Source: a virus
Reading direction: 5' to 3' (one strand)
Virus record (IMG/VR): IMGVR_UViG_3300042306_000227
Span: 9,268-73,267 of that record
Length of the DNA stretch: 64,000 nucleotides
Shown here: positions 18,790-29,786 of the stretch, one piece after another
Position numbering within the stretch: the stretch's first letter is position 1
Layout of the letters: every line of letters begins with the position of its first letter
Notes under the pieces: generated by a model
Database searches by the model: none
Told to the model about the DNA's origin: nothing
The model's input: the letters and a program-made list of their open reading frames with translations, nothing else
Program-made: the position numbers and the translations under genes

Positions 18790-21700
18790 ATGAATTTTGA
18801 ACAAAATTTTAGTCCATTAGACCCCAACAGTGAAGAGTATCAATCAGTAGATAATTTTGGACAAGAGTTAGACCCTCTTGCGCCTAAAAAACCAAAAACA
18901 ATACCAGGTACAAATGTTCCAATAGGGGGCACTGGTATACCTGTTACAAAGGTAGATAAGCCATTTACTCAAATTGAGAATTCTATTAAGTCTGTTAAGA
19001 CAGCTAATACAGAATACCAAAACTTACTTGCCAAAAAAGGTGGTGCAAGCTCTGTTTATGGAGAAGCCCCTGGCGATGAAATAGAGAGAAATAAGCAATT
19101 TACATCTGCGTTAAAATCACAATCTGACGAGTTATTAAAAAAATATTCTAATGATATTAATAAACCTATAGACCAGGTTATTTCTTCTGGTAAATGGGAG
19201 GAATATATAACTGAATCTGGAGGGTTTAATTACGACAAAGCAAGAGGTTACTTTGACTATGTAGTAAAGCAAAATGGTGGTGGAACATACGTAAGAGACT
19301 TAATGATATCTAAGTTTCAAAATGCAGTAGTTGCCAAGAAAAATGAAAAAGATGTAAAGCCATTCTTAAAAGAAGAGATTGCTAAGACTGGATTAAATCT
19401 AGATAAAGATGGCAATGTAGACTTTGCAAGTATTATAGGTACTGAAAACTTAAAAGCTGGCCAAGAGGCTAAATTAAAGTCTATTGCACCTGCTCAATTT
19501 AACAAATTACAGTTAATAGAAAGCGATTCTGAAAAGCAGGTTAATCAATTACTTAATGCATCAAAAGATGTGTTTAAGCAGGAAGAACTTAAGTTTAATA
19601 CATTAAAACAGCAGGTTCAGGCTCAGTTAACAGCTGGTCAAATAACACAAGAAGAGGCACAGAATACAATTAATGATGCACTATCTGGTATTAATCAAAT
19701 GTCAGAGTCATTAAATAATGATTTTCAGAAAGCTGTTAGAGATATCAGAGTAAAGACTTCTTCTAAGTATGCAAGAATATCTAAAGAGATTGGAGCTATT
19801 GGCTCTGGTATGTCATTAGATGATATTATATCTGGTTTACCAAAAGATAAGCAAAAAGAAGTAAGAGATAGAGTTGAAGCTGCTAAGGCGAAGGTAAATA
19901 TTGCATATGAAAATGCTTACTCAAAATTATCTTCTACAAAAAATGAAGGCAAGAAAGCACAAGAATCTATGATAGGACTTGGTGGACTTGCTGGAAAATC
20001 ATTCTTAAGTGGGTGGAATAATGGCTTAGCTTCATTAGGAGGTTATCTTAACATGAACGGAATTGATAACAGTTTTGCAGATTGGTTAAGAGCTCATTCT
20101 ACAACAGGAGAAGAATTAGCTCCAGCACAATACGAGTGGAGTGGTAAAGAATGGTATAAAAGAGGTATCTCTTCTGCTATGCAATCAACAGGTATGAGTC
20201 TACCTACAATGGCACCTACATTAGCTATTACAGCAGCTGGAACAGCAGCTGGAGTACCTGCGGTAGGTCTTGCTGTTATAAATGGTGTATTAGGATATTT
20301 AGGAGAAAGAAACCAAAACTCATTTGAAGTATACGATAAAGAGATTAAGAAAGGTAGTAATCCAAATGATGCTTTAATTAAAGCGGAAACATTTGAAAGA
20401 ATGTCTGTTTCTGAATTGCCATTCCATTTATTAGGAGGTTTAGCTGACGTTAAATTATTCCAACTTGGAGCAAGTGCTACAAAGAGTGCAGGCAAGGGAG
20501 TTAAGTCTATTGTTACAGAATATGGGAAAAGCTTTGGAGGGGAATTATTAGAAGAGTATCCAACTGAGTTATTACAAAACTATAATCAAGCAAAACTTGA
20601 TGGGTATAAAGGTAGCTTATTTGAATATGGAGCATCTAACCCAGAATTATTTTTAGATACATTAGTATCTACATTAGGTCAAGGCAGTGTGTTTGCTGGT
20701 GCTGGTAAAGTATTTGGGGCATTCACAAGCGCAGCCCCAGAATCAAGAATTCAGTTTTATACTGACATGATTCAAAAGAATGGGATTGAATATGCTAAGA
20801 CGGTTGCGAAGAAGTATTATGATTCAGGTATATTAGATGGTGCAACTGCAACTTCTGTGTCAGCTGAAATTGATGATGCTTCTAAAATATATTCAGACTT
20901 ATTAGAGTCTGGTTTAGATGACAATGCTGCTAAATTGTATGTAGCAATGCATTATCAGTCTAAGAGCTTATCTTCAAAAGCGGATAATAAAAAAGAATCT
21001 GTAATGGGTTCTCTTGCTAAGTTACAGCTTGCTAATACACAATCTCAAATGAAGGAATTAGCTAATGGAACACTCCCATATGTTGTTATGGAGATACCAG
21101 GAGGCGAAAACTCTTCAAGAGTAATATCATTACAAGACTTTAACACACTTACTCCTGCTCAAAAAACAAATGTAATACAAGCATCTAACTCAATCAGTGT
21201 AATAAATGATGAAGACGCTAACACGTCATTACAAGAGCAAAAGAAGCAGTTAGGCAATACACCTAATGCTCCTGTTGGTCTATTTACCAATAACATTAAA
21301 ACAACTCAAGATGCCACTCAAGAAAGCACAAGGGAAGAGCAAATCAGCACTGAACAAGGCGGTATCAGCCAATATCAGGGAACTCAACCAATCCAAGAAC
21401 AAGCGACCAATGAAACAAAAGATAGCAATCGCCCTATCAGCGGCACGAAGAAAGTAATAACGCTTCAGAATATAAATGAGATTGAACAGATTGAAGGCAA
21501 TAATACTCAGAAAAAAGTATTAGGCGATGTAAAAAATGTTACGTCATCAATAGCTGGATTTGTTCAGCAAGATACAGGCAGCGAATTAAAGGTTAATATA
21601 CACGACCAAAACTCATTTACACAGGCTGTATTAGAAGCTGGTGGAACACAACAAGATGCAAAGTCAAAAGGGTTCTATATGTCTTCAGATGGAAACATAC

Positions 21701-24700
21701 ATTTAAACATGGACAATGTTTCAGAGGACACAATGTTACACGAAGGATTCCATCCTGTGTTAGACTATATAGAAAAAAATAGTCCAGACACAATGAATAG
21801 CCTTTTTGAGCAATTAAAGTCTATACCTCAAGCTCAAGATTTTGTTCAGAAAGCTGAGGCTGCTTACAATGAGAATGGTAGTATTACTGTTAAAAAAGAA
21901 GCAATTACAGACTTTATAGCTAACGTAGCTAATGGTAACGTTAAGGTTGATGCTACTAATTTAGAGACATTAAAGAATTATATAATAGGGTTGTTAAATA
22001 AGTTAGGGTTAAATCTTAAGCAGAATAGAATTTTAAATTTAGAAACTGCAGAAGACTTAAAGAATCTAGCTACATTTATAACAGAAAAGTTTACCTCTGG
22101 AAGTGAAATAACACAATCAGAACTTGGAAAATTTGTAGAAACCAAACCTACTGCTGAAAATCCAATTGCAAAATCTGGACAACTTCAATTTAGTAAAACA
22201 ATATATGGTGAGTCTGGTATAGAAAAATCTCCAGCACTGGATAGTGACGAGTTTGTTCAAGCTGTTCAAGATGGTAGAATATCTGTATCTAACCCATATC
22301 AATCTTTGATGGGTAAGTTTTTTGGGATTACATTCCCAGATGATTTATTTACTGGAGAACTAAAAGTAAATGGAGAAACTGTAGGTTTTGGGTTCGGTGG
22401 AGTTTTTTATGTTGCAAAATTTGGAGCTAAAGGATTAGCTTGGGCATCAGTTGGCAAGCAGTCAGCAAGCAACTTTACTATACAAGCTAATGCAAGCTTA
22501 AAAAAGAATAACGGAGAAGGTATTATTGTTTTATCAAAAGGAGATGATATTAAGCATGCTACATCTCTTCAAGCAAAGGTTGCATTTATTAATACATTAT
22601 TGAAGTACGCTGAAAACAATAATCAAGGAGAGTCTTTGGTTAAGTCTATAAGAAAAATATATAATATTGGTAACGCAAAGAGTCCTAGTAAAATTATTGA
22701 GTACTTTAATAATTACCTAGCTTCTGGAAGAATGGAATCTGGTCAAACAATGTTTGATGCTAAGGGTTCATTTGACAACTTAATGACTTCTATAATAAAA
22801 GAAGCGCAGCCTGTTATTACAAAAATGTTTCAAGATATGGGGCTTGAAGGAGATACATATTTTGATAAAACTCAATTAAGAAAGGATAATAAAATAGCTA
22901 CTACAAAGGGTTTAAAGTCTTTGTATGCAGACATGCTTCAAGAAGACTTTTTAAAAGGAGCTCCTAAAGGTGGCATATATGCAGCTATTAAATTTAGTAG
23001 CGAGTTAGAATATGTAGTTGATAAATCACATCCTTCTTATCCATATGTAATAAAAACTAAAGATGGCTCTCCTGTTAAATTAGAAGTTTTTAGTAAAACA
23101 TTTAATGCATATGGTAAAGATGTTGCAGTAAAAGGTGTTGAAAGAAATACACAAAATGCATTTGGAGTAGTAACAACAACAAAGCCTAATTTCCAAATTA
23201 ATGAGGAAATGGAAGGCAATAAATCAGAGCATATTTTATCTAATAAGTTAGATGCTTATGAAGCAATATCAAAAGGTAAATCTGCTCCACAATTCCAAAA
23301 AGATATAGTACCTACAGGTGGTGTCCCATCTGTGCCAGGAGAAACAGGAGTTGGAGAAGCAAATCAACCATCAGGATTGCCAGAAAAGAAAAAGTATTCT
23401 TGGGAGAAGGGTACATCTGGTAAGCCAGAGCCAGGAGAGACTATGATTAAGACATCTACTGGAAGATATGTCGCTATTGAGACTATGGCTGGTCAAATGA
23501 TGGATAGAGATAAGGTTATTAATGAAATAAAGAAAGCAGAACCTTCATTCTTTTCAAAGCACATTAGAGATATAAGAACTAAATGGCGTGACAATCAATA
23601 TAATGTATTAAAATCTCTTTCTGAAATAGGCAAAAGCGGGATGCTTGTAAAGCATTATTTACTTACAAGAAATAGCGCATCTGCAACTGCAACTGCAGCA
23701 GTAGAATCTGCTATTAAAGAAATATATGGGAAGATATCAAAGAAGAAAACCTTTAATATCAATGGAGCTAAGGTCACAGAATATGTTTTGTTTAATCAAA
23801 TGATTAATTATCAAAGGGTTATATCAATACAAGAACAAATGAACGATGCTTATAAGACTATGATAAGCTCTGAGCCTGGTTCACAAGAATATAACAAAGC
23901 AAAAAAGAAATTGCTTGATAACAATATGATTGATGTGAATGGTGATTATGTAGGAGAAAGTTTAGATACTGAATTCGCAATGGGTAATGTCACTGCAACT
24001 CAATCAAAAGCTTTGCTTTATGAGATAAGAGAATCAATAGGAGAAGAGTCTTTTGATAAGTTAATGAATGCTTCTGAGAAATATAGCAACCATTTTAATA
24101 AGATGATGAAAGAAAGATATGAGGCTGGTTTAATATCAGAAGACACATACAAATATCTTTCAAAGTTCTACTATGCTCCAGGCAGATACGTTAGTGATGT
24201 TTTAATTGACCCTATACTATCTATTGCAAAAACAACTCCAACATATCAAAGTACTTCTATATTGAAAATGAGGAGTCTTGCTGGAGGTACAGAAAGATTA
24301 AATCTAAATGATTACGAAGGATTATTAAGAGCTGTAACATATGCGTCTGAATATTCAATAGCAGAGAATAGGGCAACAAATAGATTCTATGACTTAATAT
24401 CAGAAAATAAAACACAGTTCAATAGTAGTGGTATTAGACTTGGTACAAAATTAGTTCCTATTGAAGCAGAAGGCCCAGTTAAGTTTGATATTATTGATGA
24501 AAAGGTAATAGCTATACAAGAAGGTAAAGCAAAGTCTGCATTAGAATTACCTAGTGGACAAAAGCAATTGCCTTATAAAGGTATTCAAAAGCCATCAGAT
24601 ATGCCAGTCGGTAAGTATATTCAACCAATTGATATTGTACTAGATGAAGATGGAAATAAGTTTAGAGTAGTATACGAAACTCCTAAAGTAGGTGAAGATA

Positions 24701-26745
24701 TTATTAAAACATATTATAATGGTCAACAATATGATATTATAGTTCCAGCTTGGTTTGCTGATGCATGGTATAACAGGAATATGGCTACAGGAGATACGTC
24801 TTCCTTAATAGCTAAAATAACTGGAGCAAATGTTTTAAGGCTAGTAGCTACTGGTATTAACCCTGTATTCGGTATTGCTCAAATTGTACCAGATACAATA
24901 TCAGCATATGCATCCACACTAGAAGAAAGAAAACTTCCTTTGCTTATAGACTACCCTAGGTTCTTTATAAAGACATTAGCTGCTTCAAGGGATATTATGA
25001 AAAAAACAGATGATTTTAAAGAAGCGACTAAATATGGAGCTACTACAAATTTCTACAACGGAGGTTCTGTTTCTTTTGAAAGAGGATTGATGGGTCTAGA
25101 GGATAAGTCTTTAGAGAAGGTTGTAGAAGAGTGGAATGTGCCTGTGTTAAAACAGTATGTTATGGGGTCTAAAAGAATCACAGAGACTACAGAACAAATG
25201 ACAAAAGTTGCTATATATAAAGAGATAAGAGACAGAAAAATAAAAGAATTTAAGCAGGAGAATAATAGAGAGCCAAACTCGCAAGAACTAGAAGACATAA
25301 AAATAGAGTCTGGGTCTATGGCAAGAGGTACTGCTGATTTCCATAGAAAGGGTTCTAGCGCATCTAATGTGAATAAGGTTATACCATACTTAAATGCAGC
25401 TATACAAATTAACAGAGCTGTATTAAGGTCTATTAAAAAGAATCCAATGAAAGCTGTATACTACTCTATGGAGTATATGGGTCATGCTGCTGTATTTAGT
25501 TTAATGGCTATGGGAGCTGGTGATGATGATGAATTAAAAGAAAAGAAAAGAAGGGCATACTTAGGTCTTAGTGAATTTGAGAGGGATAATAACTTTTTAA
25601 TGTACTTTAATGAGTCAGAAGGAAAGTTTGTAGCTCAAAAACTACCTTCATTCTTAGTCCCATTTAATGCATTTTCAAGAAGGCTTACAGAAAGAATATA
25701 CCTTGAGAAAAAAGAGATTACACCAAAAGACATTCGTGAAATTGCGTCTAGTGTAGCAGATATGTTCCCTTTATTGCAAATATTAAATGTTGAAAAAACT
25801 TTATCTAGAAACCCAGCATATAGCTTTGCAGCAAAACTATTCTTCAATAGAGACCCTTATAGACAAGAAGCGGTAGCTAAATACGATGAGTCTACAAAAA
25901 ACTACCTAGAAGGAGCTATGATAGGGAAAGAGCAATCTTCTGCATTTTCAAGAAAAATAGGTGAGTTAACAAAAAATGGAGTGCCATTATTCCCAGAAGG
26001 TATTTCTCCAAAAAGACTTGATGCGGCACTTGGCTCTATACCATTCCAATCTAACCCAATATCAGCATTCCCATTATTTGCGGCAGATGCAACAAGTATA
26101 ACAATGGAAGAATTTGAAGAAAAGTACGGCAAGAATGCTGCTAGTATCATTCTGTCTGCAAGTGGAATCTCAAAAAGATACTTTAAGGGCGGAAGTAGAA
26201 TAAATCAAAATTTAGCTGGATTATCACTTGAGAATATAAAAGACAGAGGCGAAATGAAAAACAAGATAGCTGAAATGATTCTGCCAAAGTTTGAAGAATT
26301 TACAAAGAATATGACTAGAGAAGATGCATTTGTAAAGGCAACTGAAGATTTTATATCAAATGAGTTTGATAAGTTAACGGTTGAGCAAAAGATAATAGCT
26401 CAAGGATATATAACTGGCGACCTTAGAGGTAGAATATTTAATGTTACAAAAGACAAGCAAGTATCTCAAATATTAAATATGGAAGACCCTAATGCTAAGA
26501 TAGATGCTATATTGTACACAATGAAGAATGTTAGAACCACAGATAGCTCAAGAGATGCATTTATAAACGAGCTTGTTCAAAATGGGATAACAGCTAACGA
26601 GTCTTTTGGTAGAATGTTAGCAGTAAGAGGTGAACAAGAACTTCCAAACCCAGAGACTGGTGTAATGGAGAAGAATAACAGGTATGAAAAAGAGGTAGGA
26701 GAGCTGTTGAAGAAACTGACAATAATCTTTGAAAAGTCTCAATAA
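18790..26745 (+). CDS. Giant internal virion protein with zincin-like HExxH and LPD38-like C-terminal region
   Basis: 2651 aa; TMLHEGFH at 21739-21753; DFHRKG..IPYLNAAIQ..ERDNNF pattern near the C-terminus. Confidence 0.7.
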   Translation: MNFEQNFSPLDPNSEEYQSVDNFGQELDPLAPKKPKTIPGTNVPIGGTGIPVTKVDKPFTQIENSIKSVKTANTEYQNLLAKKGGASSVYGEAPGDEIERNKQFTSALKSQSDELLKKYSNDINKPIDQVISSGKWEEYITESGGFNYDKARGYFDYVVKQNGGGTYVRDLMISKFQNAVVAKKNEKDVKPFLKEEIAKTGLNLDKDGNVDFASIIGTENLKAGQEAKLKSIAPAQFNKLQLIESDSEKQVNQLLNASKDVFKQEELKFNTLKQQVQAQLTAGQITQEEAQNTINDALSGINQMSESLNNDFQKAVRDIRVKTSSKYARISKEIGAIGSGMSLDDIISGLPKDKQKEVRDRVEAAKAKVNIAYENAYSKLSSTKNEGKKAQESMIGLGGLAGKSFLSGWNNGLASLGGYLNMNGIDNSFADWLRAHSTTGEELAPAQYEWSGKEWYKRGISSAMQSTGMSLPTMAPTLAITAAGTAAGVPAVGLAVINGVLGYLGERNQNSFEVYDKEIKKGSNPNDALIKAETFERMSVSELPFHLLGGLADVKLFQLGASATKSAGKGVKSIVTEYGKSFGGELLEEYPTELLQNYNQAKLDGYKGSLFEYGASNPELFLDTLVSTLGQGSVFAGAGKVFGAFTSAAPESRIQFYTDMIQKNGIEYAKTVAKKYYDSGILDGATATSVSAEIDDASKIYSDLLESGLDDNAAKLYVAMHYQSKSLSSKADNKKESVMGSLAKLQLANTQSQMKELANGTLPYVVMEIPGGENSSRVISLQDFNTLTPAQKTNVIQASNSISVINDEDANTSLQEQKKQLGNTPNAPVGLFTNNIKTTQDATQESTREEQISTEQGGISQYQGTQPIQEQATNETKDSNRPISGTKKVITLQNINEIEQIEGNNTQKKVLGDVKNVTSSIAGFVQQDTGSELKVNIHDQNSFTQAVLEAGGTQQDAKSKGFYMSSDGNIHLNMDNVSEDTMLHEGFHPVLDYIEKNSPDTMNSLFEQLKSIPQAQDFVQKAEAAYNENGSITVKKEAITDFIANVANGNVKVDATNLETLKNYIIGLLNKLGLNLKQNRILNLETAEDLKNLATFITEKFTSGSEITQSELGKFVETKPTAENPIAKSGQLQFSKTIYGESGIEKSPALDSDEFVQAVQDGRISVSNPYQSLMGKFFGITFPDDLFTGELKVNGETVGFGFGGVFYVAKFGAKGLAWASVGKQSASNFTIQANASLKKNNGEGIIVLSKGDDIKHATSLQAKVAFINTLLKYAENNNQGESLVKSIRKIYNIGNAKSPSKIIEYFNNYLASGRMESGQTMFDAKGSFDNLMTSIIKEAQPVITKMFQDMGLEGDTYFDKTQLRKDNKIATTKGLKSLYADMLQEDFLKGAPKGGIYAAIKFSSELEYVVDKSHPSYPYVIKTKDGSPVKLEVFSKTFNAYGKDVAVKGVERNTQNAFGVVTTTKPNFQINEEMEGNKSEHILSNKLDAYEAISKGKSAPQFQKDIVPTGGVPSVPGETGVGEANQPSGLPEKKKYSWEKGTSGKPEPGETMIKTSTGRYVAIETMAGQMMDRDKVINEIKKAEPSFFSKHIRDIRTKWRDNQYNVLKSLSEIGKSGMLVKHYLLTRNSASATATAAVESAIKEIYGKISKKKTFNINGAKVTEYVLFNQMINYQRVISIQEQMNDAYKTMISSEPGSQEYNKAKKKLLDNNMIDVNGDYVGESLDTEFAMGNVTATQSKALLYEIRESIGEESFDKLMNASEKYSNHFNKMMKERYEAGLISEDTYKYLSKFYYAPGRYVSDVLIDPILSIAKTTPTYQSTSILKMRSLAGGTERLNLNDYEGLLRAVTYASEYSIAENRATNRFYDLISENKTQFNSSGIRLGTKLVPIEAEGPVKFDIIDEKVIAIQEGKAKSALELPSGQKQLPYKGIQKPSDMPVGKYIQPIDIVLDEDGNKFRVVYETPKVGEDIIKTYYNGQQYDIIVPAWFADAWYNRNMATGDTSSLIAKITGANVLRLVATGINPVFGIAQIVPDTISAYASTLEERKLPLLIDYPRFFIKTLAASRDIMKKTDDFKEATKYGATTNFYNGGSVSFERGLMGLEDKSLEKVVEEWNVPVLKQYVMGSKRITETTEQMTKVAIYKEIRDRKIKEFKQENNREPNSQELEDIKIESGSMARGTADFHRKGSSASNVNKVIPYLNAAIQINRAVLRSIKKNPMKAVYYSMEYMGHAAVFSLMAMGAGDDDELKEKKRRAYLGLSEFERDNNFLMYFNESEGKFVAQKLPSFLVPFNAFSRRLTERIYLEKKEITPKDIREIASSVADMFPLLQILNVEKTLSRNPAYSFAAKLFFNRDPYRQEAVAKYDESTKNYLEGAMIGKEQSSAFSRKIGELTKNGVPLFPEGISPKRLDAALGSIPFQSNPISAFPLFAADATSITMEEFEEKYGKNAASIILSASGISKRYFKGGSRINQNLAGLSLENIKDRGEMKNKIAEMILPKFEEFTKNMTREDAFVKATEDFISNEFDKLTVEQKIIAQGYITGDLRGRIFNVTKDKQVSQILNMEDPNAKIDAILYTMKNVRTTDSSRDAFINELVQNGITANESFGRMLAVRGEQELPNPETGVMEKNNRYEKEVGELLKKLTIIFEKSQ
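21311..21457 (+). CDS. Overprinted small basic protein (48 aa) nested in the giant gene
   Basis: MPLKKAQGKSKSALNKAVSANIRELNQSKNKRPMKQKIAIALSAARRK; A-rich start context aacattaaaacaactcaagATG. Confidence 0.65.
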   Translation: MPLKKAQGKSKSALNKAVSANIRELNQSKNKRPMKQKIAIALSAARRK

Positions 26746-26785
26746 TCAAACTAAAGTATTAAGTATCTTTGTAAAAATATAGAAA

Positions 26786-27331
26786 ATGGCAATATTTCAA
26801 GCAGATTTAAAGGTAGACGTAGCATACGATGCTACTAGCGTCACCTTTACCGATAATAGCAACTATGGTGGCACAGAAACCTCTGGAGGAGGGGCTGCTA
26901 TAAACACATCTAATGTGACAGCTAAAGTGGTAAGAGTTTACCGTACAACAGACACGGTGACTCCATTCAAGACATTCACATTTACCAATAGTGCAACTAT
27001 GACTTTCGTAGCTAGTGGGAATAATAACCTACCTAGCGGAGCTTATAGATTTGAGTTTGAGCTTACAACTACTGGCGTGACACTTACAGCTGCCCAAAAG
27101 CAGGATTATGGTGTATACCCAATTAATGTGGTTGAGAAGTCAAAGTACCTAAAGGCTGTGTTAAATATGAAGAATAGTCAGACTTTGAGAGATGATAAGG
27201 TGTACATGAAGAACTTGACGCTATTTGCGGCTGAGTTAGACCTGTCTGATTACATGGCTGAGCTAGGAGACATCCAGTCTAGCCAAGATGCAATAGACAG
27301 AATTAATAACTATGTAGTAAAATTATTCTAA
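26786..27331 (+). CDS. Virion structural protein
   Basis: Thr-rich beta N-terminus; own promoter TATCTTTG 26764-71. Confidence 0.55.
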   Translation: MAIFQADLKVDVAYDATSVTFTDNSNYGGTETSGGGAAINTSNVTAKVVRVYRTTDTVTPFKTFTFTNSATMTFVASGNNNLPSGAYRFEFELTTTGVTLTAAQKQDYGVYPINVVEKSKYLKAVLNMKNSQTLRDDKVYMKNLTLFAAELDLSDYMAELGDIQSSQDAIDRINNYVVKLF

Positions 27332-27594
27332 TGTATACAAGTACAGAGTTAAACAACATAAGAAATTCTGGCATTAGATTATGGTCAGCATGGGCTAAAG
27401 AGGGTTATTCTCAAATGACTAATACTCTTAACCCTGACACATATGACCGTCAGGTAATGTTTTATTTAGTAAATGTAGCTTTAAAGTTCGCAATAGACAC
27501 AGACCAGACAGACGAGGCTGTTCAACTAGTAAATCTACTTGTTGCAATGGATTCATTTGCTGATGGAACTAAACTTGCGTTCCCAATCATATAG
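27331..27594 (+). CDS. Hypothetical protein
   Basis: TAATG-coupled 87 aa ORF. Confidence 0.6.
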   Translation: MYTSTELNNIRNSGIRLWSAWAKEGYSQMTNTLNPDTYDRQVMFYLVNVALKFAIDTDQTDEAVQLVNLLVAMDSFADGTKLAFPII

Positions 27595-27595
27595 T

Positions 27596-28801
27596 ATGCC
27601 ATCATTAAATATAAATAGCTTAAACATAACAGAGGAAGGCAACTCAGTCTCTGGTGAGGGTAATGTAGGGGTAATAACTCCTACCTTATTCAGCACAGAA
27701 GACCAGCCTGTTCTATCAACTGGTTTTGCTATTAATGCATTAAGCACTGAGGAAGAGGCTAGCTCAATTACAGGGCACTCTAACAGCAGTGGGCTTGTGC
27801 CAGAAAGAATTGACCTTAGTGGGATAGATTTAGGAGGCCCAGGAGGTATTGTACCAAAGGTTGTGATAGATAATATCTACAACTCAAATAAGATTCAGCA
27901 GTGGGAATATGCTTATAATAAGAGCGTAAAAGCTGTGTCTCTTACCAATAACGGAAGGATTTACACAATCAGAATAACCTTCTTAGATGATAGTTTTGTA
28001 GAAGACGATGTTGAGATTAATGTGTCTGTAATGGACTTATTAGGCCAATGGAACGCATCTACTAACACACCTACTTTGACTAATGGTATTGGTAACAGAG
28101 GAGATATTTACAAGTGTAATTTCGCAGGTACAGCTAACTTCGGTGGAGTACCTATTGTGTTCAATGCTGGCGACTTAGTGATGTATGACGGAAGTGTTTG
28201 GGATAAGGTATCTTCTGGTATTGGAACAGGAATCTTTGCTAGAAATGTGTACTCTTTTACAGCAACCGCTGGACAGACTACCTACACATTCCCATACATA
28301 CCAAATCAGGTAGATGTATTCTATAACGGTTCTAGGCTACCAGCAGCTAATTTTACTGCAACAAGTGGTGCAAGTGTTACATTGTTATTTAGTCCTATCG
28401 CTGGTGATTTGTTAACATTCAATGCATATGTGAGTGTTACTACAGCTTTGGCTGGTGGAGGTACTGCTGGCTCTATTGCAAAATGGAGTGCTACAAGTGA
28501 ATTAACTAACGCTGTACCTGGGACAGATTATCAACAACCAATCACATTAACAACTAACGGAAGCGGAGGAAATGCTACCTTTGTTGGCAATGTATTGAAC
28601 ATTCCTAGAGAGAATTATGTGCATGACCAGCAGACTGCTTCGGTGTCTTGGGTTATAACACATAATATGAATAAGTATCCAGCTGTAAACATAGTAGATA
28701 CTGCGAATGACGAGGTGATAGGAGATGTAAAATATAATTCATTAAATCAAATAACAATAACCTTTACTGCTGCGTTTAGTGGAAAGGCTTACTTAAATTA
28801 A
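27596..28801 (+). CDS. Tail fibre/appendage protein
   Basis: WNASTNTPTL module, FTATAGQT..VDVFYNGSRL module, C-terminal WVITHNMNKYP domain; start moved to ATG 27596. Confidence 0.7.
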   Translation: MPSLNINSLNITEEGNSVSGEGNVGVITPTLFSTEDQPVLSTGFAINALSTEEEASSITGHSNSSGLVPERIDLSGIDLGGPGGIVPKVVIDNIYNSNKIQQWEYAYNKSVKAVSLTNNGRIYTIRITFLDDSFVEDDVEINVSVMDLLGQWNASTNTPTLTNGIGNRGDIYKCNFAGTANFGGVPIVFNAGDLVMYDGSVWDKVSSGIGTGIFARNVYSFTATAGQTTYTFPYIPNQVDVFYNGSRLPAANFTATSGASVTLLFSPIAGDLLTFNAYVSVTTALAGGGTAGSIAKWSATSELTNAVPGTDYQQPITLTTNGSGGNATFVGNVLNIPRENYVHDQQTASVSWVITHNMNKYPAVNIVDTANDEVIGDVKYNSLNQITITFTAAFSGKAYLN

Positions 28802-28808
28802 AAACAAA

Positions 28809-29783
28809 ATGGCAAAGAAGTTTTTGGTCAATTTAGACCTAGCGAAAAACCAGATTCTGAACGCAGCGATTCAGAACTTATCATCAGCACCTAGCTCTCC
28901 AGTTCAGGGTCAGGTGTATTACAATACTGGAGATAACAGAATTTACTTCTGGGATGGCACAGCTTGGATAGACATGTCAGGAGATATTCGTGACGTAATC
29001 GGAGGTGCTGGGTTAGCTGCAGCTACTTCTAATGGTATTATTACCTTAGATGTGAATGTAGATAATTCTACAGTAGAGATTGCAACAGATACAATTAGAG
29101 TAAAGGATGGTGGAATTACAACTGCAAAACTTGCGAATGTATCTACCGATTTGACTACAAATAGTGGTTCTACAGCAGTACCTACAGCAGCAGCTGTTAA
29201 GTCTTATGTAGACGCAAATATAGGTGGATTAGGAAATCTAGAAGGTGCATGGGATGCTTCTAGTGGCTCTTTCCCAGTTGGTTCTGCTCCAACAGCAGGT
29301 ACTAAGTCTGGAGATTATTGGTACGTATCTGTAGCAGGTACTACAGGTGGTGTAGCGTTTAATGTAGGAGATGTGATTATTGCAAAAATCAATAGCGCAT
29401 CTACTTCAAGTGCTGCTGACTGGATTCAATTAGAAGTAAACAGAGACCAAGCTACAGAAAGTACTTTAGGTCTTGTAAGAATTGCAGACCAAACAGCTGT
29501 TAACGCAGGTACTGATGATACAGAAGCAATTACTCCTCTTAAATTAAAGACTTACCTAGATGCAAATGTAGGAGGATATACTACATTAATAGGCAATGGG
29601 ACTAATACTTCTTTTAATGTAATTCATGGTCTTAATACTGCAGCTTTAATTATTGCTGTATACGATAATGCGACAGGCGAAGAAGTAATGGTAGATATTG
29701 TTAATGTTGACTCAATTCAAGTTATAGTATCTTTCGCAGTAGCTCCTTCAACAAATGCATATCGTGTAGTAATTAAAAAATAA
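28809..29783 (+). CDS. Tail fibre/appendage protein
   Basis: VKDGGITTAKL, AVKSYVD, AITPLKL fibre motifs; C-terminal VIHGLNT..YRVVI domain. Confidence 0.7.
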   Translation: MAKKFLVNLDLAKNQILNAAIQNLSSAPSSPVQGQVYYNTGDNRIYFWDGTAWIDMSGDIRDVIGGAGLAAATSNGIITLDVNVDNSTVEIATDTIRVKDGGITTAKLANVSTDLTTNSGSTAVPTAAAVKSYVDANIGGLGNLEGAWDASSGSFPVGSAPTAGTKSGDYWYVSVAGTTGGVAFNVGDVIIAKINSASTSSAADWIQLEVNRDQATESTLGLVRIADQTAVNAGTDDTEAITPLKLKTYLDANVGGYTTLIGNGTNTSFNVIHGLNTAALIIAVYDNATGEEVMVDIVNVDSIQVIVSFAVAPSTNAYRVVIKK

Positions 29784-29786
29784 TAG

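Noticed and set aside
18790-26745. crAss-type virion RNA polymerase
   Set aside because: No DxDGD/DFDID-like catalytic motif seen
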